A stretch of DNA of 45,649 nucleotides from a virus. Its lineage: Duplodnaviria; Caudoviricetes. The stretch is taken from the IMG/VR virus record IMGVR_UViG_3300037755_000687, positions 1-45,649 of that record; one strand, given 5' to 3'. Made by a program: the position numbers and the translations under genes. This document shows positions 19,288-27,413 of the stretch, in pieces; position 1 is the first letter of the stretch, and each line of letters begins with the position of its first letter. The notes beneath the pieces were generated by a model. That model searched no databases. It was not told where the DNA came from and saw nothing but the letters and a program-made list of their open reading frames with translations.

Positions 19288-19493
19288 AAATACGCCAACT
19301 CGTTCTGCGCTTATTCACCCCAGAGTCGGAAAAGGTGCGTATGCGGATGCGCGAAGCCCTTTGTCATGCCGAGGCCAGTGCCGAAGACCTGACGCGCACC
19401 ATGGTCATGCACGAAGAAACAATCCGTCGCAAGATCAGCGAAGGCCGCGCGCTGACCAAGAAAATGAACGGCAACCACAAGGAGCAGAAATGA
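19284..19493 (+). CDS. Hypothetical lysis-region protein
   Basis: ATGA overlaps on both sides. Confidence 0.65.
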   Translation: MKIRQLVLRLFTPESEKVRMRMREALCHAEASAEDLTRTMVMHEETIRRKISEGRALTKKMNGNHKEQK

Positions 19494-19954
19494 TCTCAGC
19501 TCTGTTTTCGTTTCTAGGCGGCACTGCGTTCCGCATGGTGTGGGGCGAAGTGTCCGCGTGGCTCAACAAGAAGCTGGAGCATGTGCAGGAGATGGAGCGC
19601 CTGCAACTGAGCGAGCGGCTGGAGGCGACCAAGCACGCGCGCCAGCAAGAGCTGATCCGCCTGCAGCACGATCTCGGCATTAAGGAAATACAGATCGCGG
19701 GCGACATCGCTGCCGACAAACTCGCTGCGGACGCGTTTGTCGAAGCGCAGAAAAACTTCAAGCCTACCGGCATCAAATGGGTGGACGCATGGAATGCATC
19801 CATCCGTCCGTCAGCAGCGACGTTCGCGTTGCTGCTCTGGGTAGGCGAACTCATCAACAAGGCGCTGGTGCTGAGCGAGTGGGACCGCAACCTGATCGGT
19901 GCGATCCTCGGCTTTTACTTCGCTGATCGCACGCTGAAGCACCGTGGCAAGTAG
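19490..19954 (+). CDS. Holin-like membrane protein
   Basis: Hydrophobic N-terminus, coiled coil, W...WNASIRP and ILGFYF.DR motifs; directly upstream of the endolysin. Confidence 0.6.
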   Translation: MISALFSFLGGTAFRMVWGEVSAWLNKKLEHVQEMERLQLSERLEATKHARQQELIRLQHDLGIKEIQIAGDIAADKLAADAFVEAQKNFKPTGIKWVDAWNASIRPSAATFALLLWVGELINKALVLSEWDRNLIGAILGFYFADRTLKHRGK

Positions 19955-20468
19955 CCTGAACGAAATCGTCCAGCAGTTCATTCTTGGACTGCAAGGCGGC
20001 GAGCGCGCTGCTCCTTCTCCTTCCTCCCCTGCAGTGCGCTCGCCGCTGGACGACCTGACTGAGCTCTACCGCTTGATCAAGCACTTCGAAGGATGCCGCC
20101 TCATGCCATATCTCTGCCCCGGAAAAGTCTGGACGTGCGGCTGGGGCAGCACAGGTGCAGACGTGTACCCTGGACGTGTTTGGACGCAGACGTATGCTGA
20201 CCGCCGCATGGAGCAGGACGCAATCAAGTTCGCCAAGGGCACGCTCGCGTTGTGTCCTGCGCTGCGTGCGGGTGCGCTCAACGCCATTGCGGACTTCGCG
20301 TACAATCTCGGCCTCGACAACTTGCAGGCATCCACGCTGCGGCGCGTGATCAACGGTGGCGGCGCGAAGGAGGAGATTGCACATCAGCTCAGCCGCTGGG
20401 TCAACGCGGGCGGGCGGCGTCTGCGTGGCTTGGAGTTACGTCGCGCAGCGGAGGCCGCGCTGCTGTAG
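19944..20468 (+). CDS. Endolysin, GH24 (T4/P21-type) lysozyme
   Basis: FEGCRLMPYLCPGKVWTCGWG (E-x8-C-x5-T), FAYNLG and GLELRRAAE. Confidence 0.92.
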   Translation: MASSLNEIVQQFILGLQGGERAAPSPSSPAVRSPLDDLTELYRLIKHFEGCRLMPYLCPGKVWTCGWGSTGADVYPGRVWTQTYADRRMEQDAIKFAKGTLALCPALRAGALNAIADFAYNLGLDNLQASTLRRVINGGGAKEEIAHQLSRWVNAGGRRLRGLELRRAAEAALL

Positions 20469-20731
20469 CGGGCACCCGGTAGCAGCATCGTGCGGGGCGG
20501 TGGGGGGCCGGGGCAGCGTCCTCTAGCTGCGCGTACGGTGCGGTGAGGGCGGGCGGGCGGGGGTGCCATCGTGGGGGTGTTGCGCGGGGCTGCGAGGCGT
20601 CTCCTGCGCTGCGCTGGGCGTCGCTGGTGGGCTGCGCGGCAAGGGGCAGCTAGGGGGGTGCCTGAACCATCAACGGCATGGCCAGCCTTGGGGCGTGGCA
20701 TCGATAGTAAGTGCTTACTAACTTATCATCG

Positions 20732-20782
20732 AAAAAAGGGGGAGATGCCCCGCCGCGCGTCGTGCACGGCAGGGCATCTCCC
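20732..20782 (-). terminator. Intrinsic terminator ending the minus-strand arm
   Basis: gggagatgccc...gggcatctccc stem with an A6 tract on + (U6 on -), just after the last minus-strand gene. Confidence 0.75.
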
Positions 20783-20786
20783 AGTC

Positions 20787-20975
20787 TCACTCGTCGTGGG
20801 CGCGCATGGCCTTGGCCACCAGCACGCCTAGCGCATCGCAGATCAGCAGCGCGCCGCCTAGCACCAGCGCGCCGCGCAGCACCACTACGAGCGCCCACTG
20901 CGGCCACGTAGCTAGCGCCGCTAGCGCAGCGCCGGTCAGCAAGTACAGCACGGCAACAGCAACGTCGCGGTTCAC
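20787..20975 (-). CDS. Small two-TM membrane protein
   Basis: GTG start overlaps the stop of 20972-21226; two hydrophobic stretches. Confidence 0.6.
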   Translation of the reverse strand: MNRDVAVAVLYLLTGAALAALATWPQWALVVVLRGALVLGGALLICDALGVLVAKAMRAHDE

Positions 20976-21226
20976 TGCAGTAACTCTGGAGGGTCTAGCT
21001 CCACAAAGTCGGCTGCTGCGCCCGGCTCCATCACTACGAATGAAACTCCGGGTGGCTCTTTGTAGCAGCGCGCTTCGGGGTTCCAGATGCCTTGCACGTA
21101 GTGGTAGTCCGCGCCTTGTGCGACTGCTGTGGCCACTACTTGCTCCGCCATGGTTGCAGGCAGCACCGCATTGACCAGCGCGCCATGCACCCGATAACAT
21201 ACGAACACCATGCCACCGGGGGTCAT
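20972..21226 (-). CDS. Hypothetical protein
   Basis: Coupled overlaps on both sides. Confidence 0.6.
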   Translation of the reverse strand: MTPGGMVFVCYRVHGALVNAVLPATMAEQVVATAVAQGADYHYVQGIWNPEARCYKEPPGVSFVVMEPGAAADFVELDPPELLQ

Positions 21227-22215
21227 GACAGCAAGTCCTCTTCAGTAGCTGCCAGCAAAGCATCGTCGGCTGCACCGAGTATCTGGTCCAAGTAGGCGCG
21301 CGCCGCTTCGGTCTTTGCTAACGTGCTCTTGCTCCACACGTCGACGATGTGCTGCACGGTCTCGTGTGGACCCGACGCTGGGCACCACACGCGGTTCGCC
21401 ACCTTGGTCAGCTCGGCGATCTGCTTCTCGTCTTGGCTGTTGCGCAGCTTGTCCCGCATGATGGCGTACTGCATGGCAGGCATCAGGTCGTCGGTGGCGA
21501 TCTTGTGGACCGCCACAGTGCCGCTCTCGATGGCCACCAGCTTCGCCCGGCTGCGTCCGTAGTACACCAACAGGCCGAAGCGCGTGCGGTCCTTTATCCA
21601 CACGCTGGGCACCTTGTAGGGGCTGGCTTCGCTCGGCTTGCCAAAGTCCTCGTCCATGCCTGTGGCCACCACAGGCGGCGGCGCTGCGGGTGCGCCCGGT
21701 ACGCTAGGCGCTGCGGCGGGCTTGGGCTTGCGGCCACGCGGGGCGTCGCCCGTGGCGGGCGCTGCACCTTGCGGCAACAACTCAGGCACGCCGCCTTTCG
21801 CAGCCAAGGCCATCAGCTTGCGGGCGGGGCGCTTCTGTTCCATGGACTTGGTTAGCATGCTGGGCTCGTGTCGAATTGCCCAGCGGTGCGTACCCGGAAT
21901 CCATGCCGCGCCTTTCTCGCGGTCGTATAGTGCGATTGTGCCGCCGCAACTGGCGCGGCACGGACGCTCCATCACCTTGCCGCCCGCACCGATAACCGGC
22001 GCGCTGGTACTGCGCGGCGGCTTGGGCGCGGCTGCTACCGGGGGCGCGGCGGCGGGCGCTGCACCGAGCAGGTCATCGATCTCGGCCTGCGTCGGCTTGG
22101 CCACCACGGGCGGCTGCGGCTTGGGTGCTGGTGCGGACTTCGGTTGCTGCGGCTTGGCCTGCGGCTTCTTCGGCGCGGGCTTCGCTGCTGCGGGTTTGAC
22201 TTTCTTCTTTGCCAT
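21223..22215 (-). CDS. Lys/Pro/Ala-rich hypothetical early protein
   Basis: ATG 22215 after AAGGAG; MAKKKVKPAAAKP N-terminus; ends EEDLLS. Confidence 0.75.
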   Translation of the reverse strand: MAKKKVKPAAAKPAPKKPQAKPQQPKSAPAPKPQPPVVAKPTQAEIDDLLGAAPAAAPPVAAAPKPPRSTSAPVIGAGGKVMERPCRASCGGTIALYDREKGAAWIPGTHRWAIRHEPSMLTKSMEQKRPARKLMALAAKGGVPELLPQGAAPATGDAPRGRKPKPAAAPSVPGAPAAPPPVVATGMDEDFGKPSEASPYKVPSVWIKDRTRFGLLVYYGRSRAKLVAIESGTVAVHKIATDDLMPAMQYAIMRDKLRNSQDEKQIAELTKVANRVWCPASGPHETVQHIVDVWSKSTLAKTEAARAYLDQILGAADDALLAATEEDLLS

Positions 22216-22293
22216 ACGGTCTCTCCTTGTGTGTATGCGTTGCGGTGCAAAGGCGCACCACACAGCCGCCCGCGAGCGGCTGGTTGCTGCGTC

Positions 22294-23079
22294 CTACTTG
22301 CTGATCTGCTGTTGTGGTGTGGTCTTGTCTTCTAAGGGCGTCGGGTTGAGATTGACCTTGCTGCCCGCGATGCGTCCAGCCATCATCGCTACGGCGCTCT
22401 TGGTGTACTTGACTGCATCCTCCCGTCCGAAACATTGCTCTGGGAAGGCTTCGTTCGCTGCTGCTTGCTTGCTCACCACGAGTGCGGTGCTGGTGCTGTT
22501 GCCGCGCTCCTCTTGGCGCTTCTGCTCAAGCAACTGGCGCAGTCGTGCAGCAATCTCCTGCGCGCAGCCAGTGCGGAAGGCATCCAACGATTCGCGATTG
22601 CTGTTGGCGTGGCCTGCACGCGCTAAGCGCTCAGCAACTTCTTCAAAGTCGCGTCCCAGCCGCCGCACGCAATCGATCAGATACTCGTACGTCCATGCGC
22701 AAATTTGCACGTCCGTCTTGTACCCGTAGAAAGCGACAACGCTGCACGAGCCTTGCCGCAGTTGCACTCGGCGCATGTTCACTTGACAATCGAACAGGTC
22801 AGCGCACGGTGCGGCGATGAATTGCGCCCAGAGTGGCGTATCGGCATTGGGGCGCGGTGCATTCTTGCGGGTAGTGGCGCGCACCCATTGCATCTCCATA
22901 TTGCTGCGGTCCTTCAGCTCCTTGAAGATGACATCGCTCTGTTCCAAGTTATGCTTCTTCATCAGCGTCTGCGCTTGGCGTGCTGCAGTTGCTGCCTCGT
23001 TAGGGGCAGCGCCCGCGTTCTGCGCCAGTGCTAGCAGCTTGCGCACTTTGTCAATGACCTTGGCATGTTCGGGGTTCAT
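22294..23079 (-). CDS. DUF2786-domain protein
   Basis: KVIDKVRKLLALA...NEAATA...AQ.LM.KHNL N-terminal signature. Confidence 0.85.
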   Translation of the reverse strand: MNPEHAKVIDKVRKLLALAQNAGAAPNEAATAARQAQTLMKKHNLEQSDVIFKELKDRSNMEMQWVRATTRKNAPRPNADTPLWAQFIAAPCADLFDCQVNMRRVQLRQGSCSVVAFYGYKTDVQICAWTYEYLIDCVRRLGRDFEEVAERLARAGHANSNRESLDAFRTGCAQEIAARLRQLLEQKRQEERGNSTSTALVVSKQAAANEAFPEQCFGREDAVKYTKSAVAMMAGRIAGSKVNLNPTPLEDKTTPQQQISK

Positions 23080-23282
23080 AGGATGCTCCCAAGTTCATGC
23101 CACTTAACAGCGATCAGGTCGGTCTTGGGCAACGCACGTAACGCGCGGTGCACGGCGCGCTCCATGCTGGCCTTACGCTTCTCTTGCACGAACAGAGTAC
23201 CCGCGCCGTGCGGCGGCGGTACGCGGATTTCCGCGCACCAAGCGCCCGCGATGAAGGCGCTTTGAACGGTGACTTGGATCAT
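23076..23282 (-). CDS. Hypothetical protein (68 aa)
   Basis: ATG 23282 after the repeat-borne SD CAAGGGAA; ATGA overlap with the DUF2786 gene. Confidence 0.65.
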   Translation of the reverse strand: MIQVTVQSAFIAGAWCAEIRVPPPHGAGTLFVQEKRKASMERAVHRALRALPKTDLIAVKWHELGSIL

Positions 23283-23356
23283 GATGTGTTTTCCCTTGTG
23301 TATGGTGCAAGGCGCACCGTGCAGCGCCGCACTAGGCGACGCTGCCCGCTGTACCC

Positions 23357-24166
23357 TTACGCGGCGATCTTCGGGGCGTGACCGTGCCGTGCCATGTAGT
23401 TCATGGTCATGTCCCAAAGGTCCATGTTGACCGCAACTTCGCGGCGAATGTTGGTGATCGGGCGCAGCGTCAACCGCCTGCCCGTGCTGGCTGCGCCCTG
23501 CATGCCGCCGCGCATGATGTTCTCCTGCACGCGGTTGAATACATGCCACAAGTCGCGCCCTTCGTCCTGCGGGCGTTTGACTTCCAGCAGTGCTTCAGGC
23601 TTGATGGGCGCGGCGTCGCTGTAGCGCAGCTTCAACGCATGGCGAGCGTACTCGAGCTGATGCTTGTCGCCGAGCGAGATGCGCTGCATCTGCTGCACGA
23701 CCACGATGCTGTCGCGCGCTTGCGCCAGAACCTGCGTGCTGGCCTTGCCGATCTCTTCCAGCGCGCCCGCGTTGTGGCGGACTTCCACGCTGCCGAAGTT
23801 CTTGTAGGCTACCATCAGCCCATTGCTGCAGATCAGCCGGTACAGCCCAGCGATCAGCCGGTACAGCGTACGTCCGTTGTGGCTGTTGTACACGGTGACG
23901 GTCGGCACCACTTCGCCGAGCAGTGCGCGCCCGCTTTGCGGCTGGAAGACGACCATGTGCCGCCCGTACAGATTGTTATCGCCGCCCTTGTAGCTGCGCT
24001 GTCCCTTGGCTGCGGTGGGCGCAAAGCCTGCAGCGTGCATCGTCTTGACGATGTCCGCCGTGGGGATGAACCCGTACCGCTCGCTGACGCGCTTGCTGGG
24101 GCGCTTGGCAAAGATCGCTGCGCTAGCCGAGCGCAGATCATCGTTTGTGAGTATCTGTTTGTTCAT
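23357..24166 (-). CDS. DUF932-family protein
   Basis: S.RY.FIPT, NSHNG, GLYRLICSNGL and LW.VFNRVQEN motifs. Confidence 0.9.
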   Translation of the reverse strand: MNKQILTNDDLRSASAAIFAKRPSKRVSERYGFIPTADIVKTMHAAGFAPTAAKGQRSYKGGDNNLYGRHMVVFQPQSGRALLGEVVPTVTVYNSHNGRTLYRLIAGLYRLICSNGLMVAYKNFGSVEVRHNAGALEEIGKASTQVLAQARDSIVVVQQMQRISLGDKHQLEYARHALKLRYSDAAPIKPEALLEVKRPQDEGRDLWHVFNRVQENIMRGGMQGAASTGRRLTLRPITNIRREVAVNMDLWDMTMNYMARHGHAPKIAA

Positions 24167-24244
24167 GTGCGTATTCCCTTTCTGGTTGTGTGTTGTGGTG
24201 CAAGGCGCACCAGTCAGCCGCCCGTAAGCGGCTGTAGCTGCGTC

Positions 24245-24724
24245 CTACCCGAACATGCCGGGGTATTCCACGCTCTCCACATTGTCGGAGATGTCTCGGA
24301 CTTCTTCTGCGTAGCTACGCGCTTCCCCTGCCTGTTCTTGCTCGGCCTCGGTCGCACTTTCTTTCTGCTCCAGCCGTTCAGCGATCGCTTCCGCTGCATC
24401 CGCCGCAGCTTGTAATGCTTGCACTGCGTTGCTATTGCGCGTGTCGCGGCTGTCGCCTCGGCCCTTGCGGGCATTGTGCATTTCGTGCCATTGCACTTCT
24501 TCCGCCGCCATAAAGCCCGGCACGTCCGGCTCATTGTCCACGTAGTTGCCCAGCGTGTCGGCGGTCTCGCTCAGCGTTTGGATGCGCTGAGTGTTCTCTA
24601 GCCCTGTTCCGCTGGCGTTGTCAACGATCTCCTGCACTTCGTCGCGCAGGCTTTGCAACTCACTCAGCGCGTCAGCAACAACGCCGCTGATCGCGCCCTT
24701 GTGCTGTGTCGTTTTGTAGGCCAT
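24245..24724 (-). CDS. Acidic helical hypothetical protein
   Basis: ATG 24724 after the repeat SD; ends VEYPGMFG. Confidence 0.75.
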   Translation of the reverse strand: MAYKTTQHKGAISGVVADALSELQSLRDEVQEIVDNASGTGLENTQRIQTLSETADTLGNYVDNEPDVPGFMAAEEVQWHEMHNARKGRGDSRDTRNSNAVQALQAAADAAEAIAERLEQKESATEAEQEQAGEARSYAEEVRDISDNVESVEYPGMFG

Positions 24725-24808
24725 GTTCGTTTCCCTTGTGGTGTGTGGTGCAAAGTGCACCGTGCAGCGCCGCGCAGTGCGGCGCTGCCCGCTGACCTTT
24801 GCGGTTTG

Positions 24809-24988
24809 TTACTGCACGATCGACGCCTTTTTGCCCTTCACCATCTTGCGGGCGGTCTTGCGGCTGACGGCACAGACGGTGCCGTTGCGCAGCTTGACCG
24901 CGACCGGCGCGCGTTTGCGCCCGTGACGCTTGAAGCCCTTGATGAACGACTTGGCGGCTTTGACCGATTTGAACGATTGAACTTGCAT
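24809..24988 (-). CDS. Small, very basic protein (59 aa; absent from the ORF track)
   Basis: MQVQSFKSVKAAKSFIKGFKRHGRKRAPVAVKLRNGTVCAVSRKTARKMVKGKKASIVQ; SD AAGGAG; fills the space between two repeats. Confidence 0.75.
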   Translation of the reverse strand: MQVQSFKSVKAAKSFIKGFKRHGRKRAPVAVKLRNGTVCAVSRKTARKMVKGKKASIVQ

Positions 24989-25081
24989 GGTGATTCTCCT
25001 TGGTGATGTGGTGTGATGCAGCGGAATGCCGCACCCTACAGCCGCCCTTCGGTGAAGAGCGACTGTCAGTTGCGCACTCGG

Positions 25082-25387
25082 TTACTTGCCGCAGTCCGGA
25101 CCGCAGGGCTGAAGCTGACTACTGTTTACACGGTCACGCACATCCTTCAGGTCGCTGCACAGCAAGGTGTGCGTATAGTCGGGGCTGAAATGGTAGCCGC
25201 GCGGAGCCATCACTTCGTACTTGATGCTGTTGGTTGCGTCGCCCACGTATTCGATCGGGCAAGTCATCTTGGGGCGCGGTATACGGTTTTCTACGTCGCA
25301 CTCAATGTACCCGTACAGCGGGTACACAGGTTTGCGGCTGTTGTAATCCTCCTTCTGTGCATTGGTCGCGGTATAAGAGCGGCTCAT
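25082..25387 (-). CDS. Hypothetical protein
   Basis: ATG 25387 after the repeat SD; its stop lies inside the next repeat. Confidence 0.7.
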   Translation of the reverse strand: MSRSYTATNAQKEDYNSRKPVYPLYGYIECDVENRIPRPKMTCPIEYVGDATNSIKYEVMAPRGYHFSPDYTHTLLCSDLKDVRDRVNSSQLQPCGPDCGK

Positions 25388-25463
25388 GGCTGTTGTCCCT
25401 TGTGTATGTGGTGCAAGGCGCACCGTGCAGCGCCACTAATTAAGTGACGCTGCCCGCTATACC

Positions 25464-25820
25464 TTACGGCAGGATTTTGACTGTGACCCGCAAGCCGCCA
25501 AAGATGAACGACACTTGTTGGTCGCGCTTGCTGACTTCCAAGTGTAGTTCCTGCAGCATGCTAGGCGCAGGCTCCTGCCCTTTCTTGCTGATCACGTACT
25601 GACCGGGATCGGTTTTGGTCAGCAAGCCTTGCTTCGCCAATGCACGCATCTGCACCGCGACTTTCTGCGGTAACAGTCGCGTATGGTAAAGCTCGACGAT
25701 GCCAGCAAAGCTGCACACTTCCGCGATGGACATCGCAGCGGGTGCAGCGCGCAAGCATCCAAGGATACGCTCCCGGAGGAGCGCGGCGCGTTTCAAATCG
25801 TTGCTACGTGTGGAGACCAT
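25464..25820 (-). CDS. Putative winged-helix DNA-binding protein
   Basis: ILGCL....MSIAEV...VAVQMRALAKQGLLTK...GQY pattern. Confidence 0.55.
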   Translation of the reverse strand: MVSTRSNDLKRAALLRERILGCLRAAPAAMSIAEVCSFAGIVELYHTRLLPQKVAVQMRALAKQGLLTKTDPGQYVISKKGQEPAPSMLQELHLEVSKRDQQVSFIFGGLRVTVKILP

Positions 25821-25886
25821 AGTGTTTTCCCTTGTAGTGGTGCAAGGCGCACCAGTCAGCCGCCCATGAGCGGCTGTAGCTGCGTC

Positions 25887-26108
25887 CTACTCGGCGTCTT
25901 CCATAGCTGCGTAGTCCGCGCGGATTTCAGCGAACACTTCTTCAAAAGCGATTCCGGTCATGTGTGCGAGCCGTTTGACAAGTCGGAGCGCACGGAAATA
26001 AATCTCCGCGGAACCACCACAAGTTAAGACGCTCCCGTAATTGCCTGCGATGTACTCACGCAGTAAACCAGCGTCTGTAAAGGTGCTACGAGTGAAAGCG
26101 ACTCTCAT
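25887..26108 (-). CDS. Hypothetical protein, first gene of the early array
   Basis: SD CAAGGGAA; flanked by repeats. Confidence 0.7.
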   Translation of the reverse strand: MRVAFTRSTFTDAGLLREYIAGNYGSVLTCGGSAEIYFRALRLVKRLAHMTGIAFEEVFAEIRADYAAMEDAE

Positions 26109-26523
26109 GGTTGTTTTCCCTTGTGTTGGCGTTGCGGGTGCAACGCACTGCGCAGCATCTTCGGCTCCGTGAGCGGTTATGTTCGGGGCGCTGCCCGTGT
26201 GAGCATTGGAAGGTGCTGCGCACTGCGTTGCTATGCAGTGACCACGGCGGCGTCTTGCGTGCCGTGGTTTGTAGTTCAGGTTCTTTGCCCTTGTCCGCTC
26301 GTGGCGCTGCGCGTGTCGCGCTGCATGGTACCGGGCGTTAGGGGGCTTACTAGCTGCGGCTGGCCTGCGCTACCCGTGACTGCGGGACCCTAGCGTGGCG
26401 GACCGTAACTGCCAGCGTCTTCCCTCTTGCTGGCCTTGGCGCACCTTGTTGTCCTTTACCCTAGGACCCCGCCAAGTAGGGGGGCTACCATCAGCCCCAC
26501 AGTGCACTACCTACTAGCTACGA

Positions 26524-26551
26524 AGCTTACGCTCACCCGTGTAAAAGGCAA
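26524..26551 (-). promoter_or_regulatory. Candidate sigma70-type early promoter
   Basis: TTGCCT-N16-TAAGCT on the minus strand upstream of the early array. Confidence 0.35.
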
Positions 26552-26681
26552 GACCTTTCTGTGAGGGGCTAGGGGGGCAAAATTACCTTGCTTTACAGGG
26601 AGTTATTGAGGACTAAATGCTTGACGTAAACGTCAGGTCGAAGCTGCGCGCAGACGCATGCACGCAGCCTCGAACCTGCAG

Positions 26682-27413
26682 TTACACGCGAATGTTTATC
26701 GTCGTTCCGCGCGCTATTGGACACAACGGATCGGCACACTGCACGACGCTGCCCGCGCCGCCGATTTTGAACAGGCAACGCGCACACTGCGCAGGCAGTT
26801 CCGCGCCTTGCACTTGCAGCACGGTACCGGGTTCAGCGGCTTGGTCATGACCGTGGAACTTATGCGGCAATTCCGCGCCGTGCGTAGTCACTTTCTCGCG
26901 GCATACAACGCACGTCCACAATTTGCGTCCGTCGCCGTAGCTGCCTTCGTGCACAAAGTCGTAGAACGTGCCGTGCGGCTTGCCGCGCAGACAATCATAA
27001 GTGCTGCCGTCGGGCATGGTGAACGTGCCGTCCGGCGTAGCGATCACGTTCTTCATCAGCCAGTCCAGCGCAGCCGCATTCGCGCGTGCGGCTTCAGCGC
27101 TGTCGGTTTTCAACTGTTGCGCTTGTTGCAGAATCACCTGCTCTAATGCCAGATGCACACGCGCGCGTTTGGCTTCCAGTACACCGAGACGCTCTGCGGC
27201 TGCGCTTACCTCGATGTACTTCTGCATGAAGTGCAGCGCCTTGCGCAAATCCTCCAGTCCGTTCTTCTCCCAGCAACGCTCTACGTACTTGGTGATCATG
27301 TACTGGAAGAAGTCAAACCCCAGCCGCACCGCGCGATCCCAATGCTGCTCGCCCGGGATTTTGCGGTAGTGGTCGCCGCCTTCTTGTCGGTCGTTAGCCT
27401 TGCTCTCGGACAT
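26682..27413 (-). CDS. DUF3310 (SaV-like) protein with a C-terminal Cys/His-rich region
   Basis: QEGGDHY, KY..R...KNGLEDL.KA..F motifs; CVVC, CARC and CADPLC at the C-terminus. Confidence 0.8.
   Translation of the reverse strand: MSESKANDRQEGGDHYRKIPGEQHWDRAVRLGFDFFQYMITKYVERCWEKNGLEDLRKALHFMQKYIEVSAAAERLGVLEAKRARVHLALEQVILQQAQQLKTDSAEAARANAAALDWLMKNVIATPDGTFTMPDGSTYDCLRGKPHGTFYDFVHEGSYGDGRKLWTCVVCREKVTTHGAELPHKFHGHDQAAEPGTVLQVQGAELPAQCARCLFKIGGAGSVVQCADPLCPIARGTTINIRV

Larger units (their letters stand above)
22244..26207 (-). repeat. Array of eight intergenic structured repeats, alternating types B and A
   Basis: Copies at about 22244-22297 (B), 23304-23360 (A), 24197-24248 (B), 24747-24800 (A), 25021-25085 (B-like), 25410-25467 (A), 25839-25890 (B) and 26137-26207 (A-like). 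Shared ggtgcaaggcgcacc-type core and an inner hairpin. Confidence 0.9.

Noticed and set aside
20701-20731. Palindrome as a dif or telomere-resolution site
   Set aside because: It does not match the XerC/XerD consensus, it is short, and no protelomerase gene is present.
22244-26207. Repeat array as CRISPR or integron attC cassettes
   Set aside because: The spacers are whole genes of variable length, there are no RYYYAAC/GTTRRRY boxes, and no cas operon or tyrosine recombinase is present. G-U pairs favour RNA-level structure.
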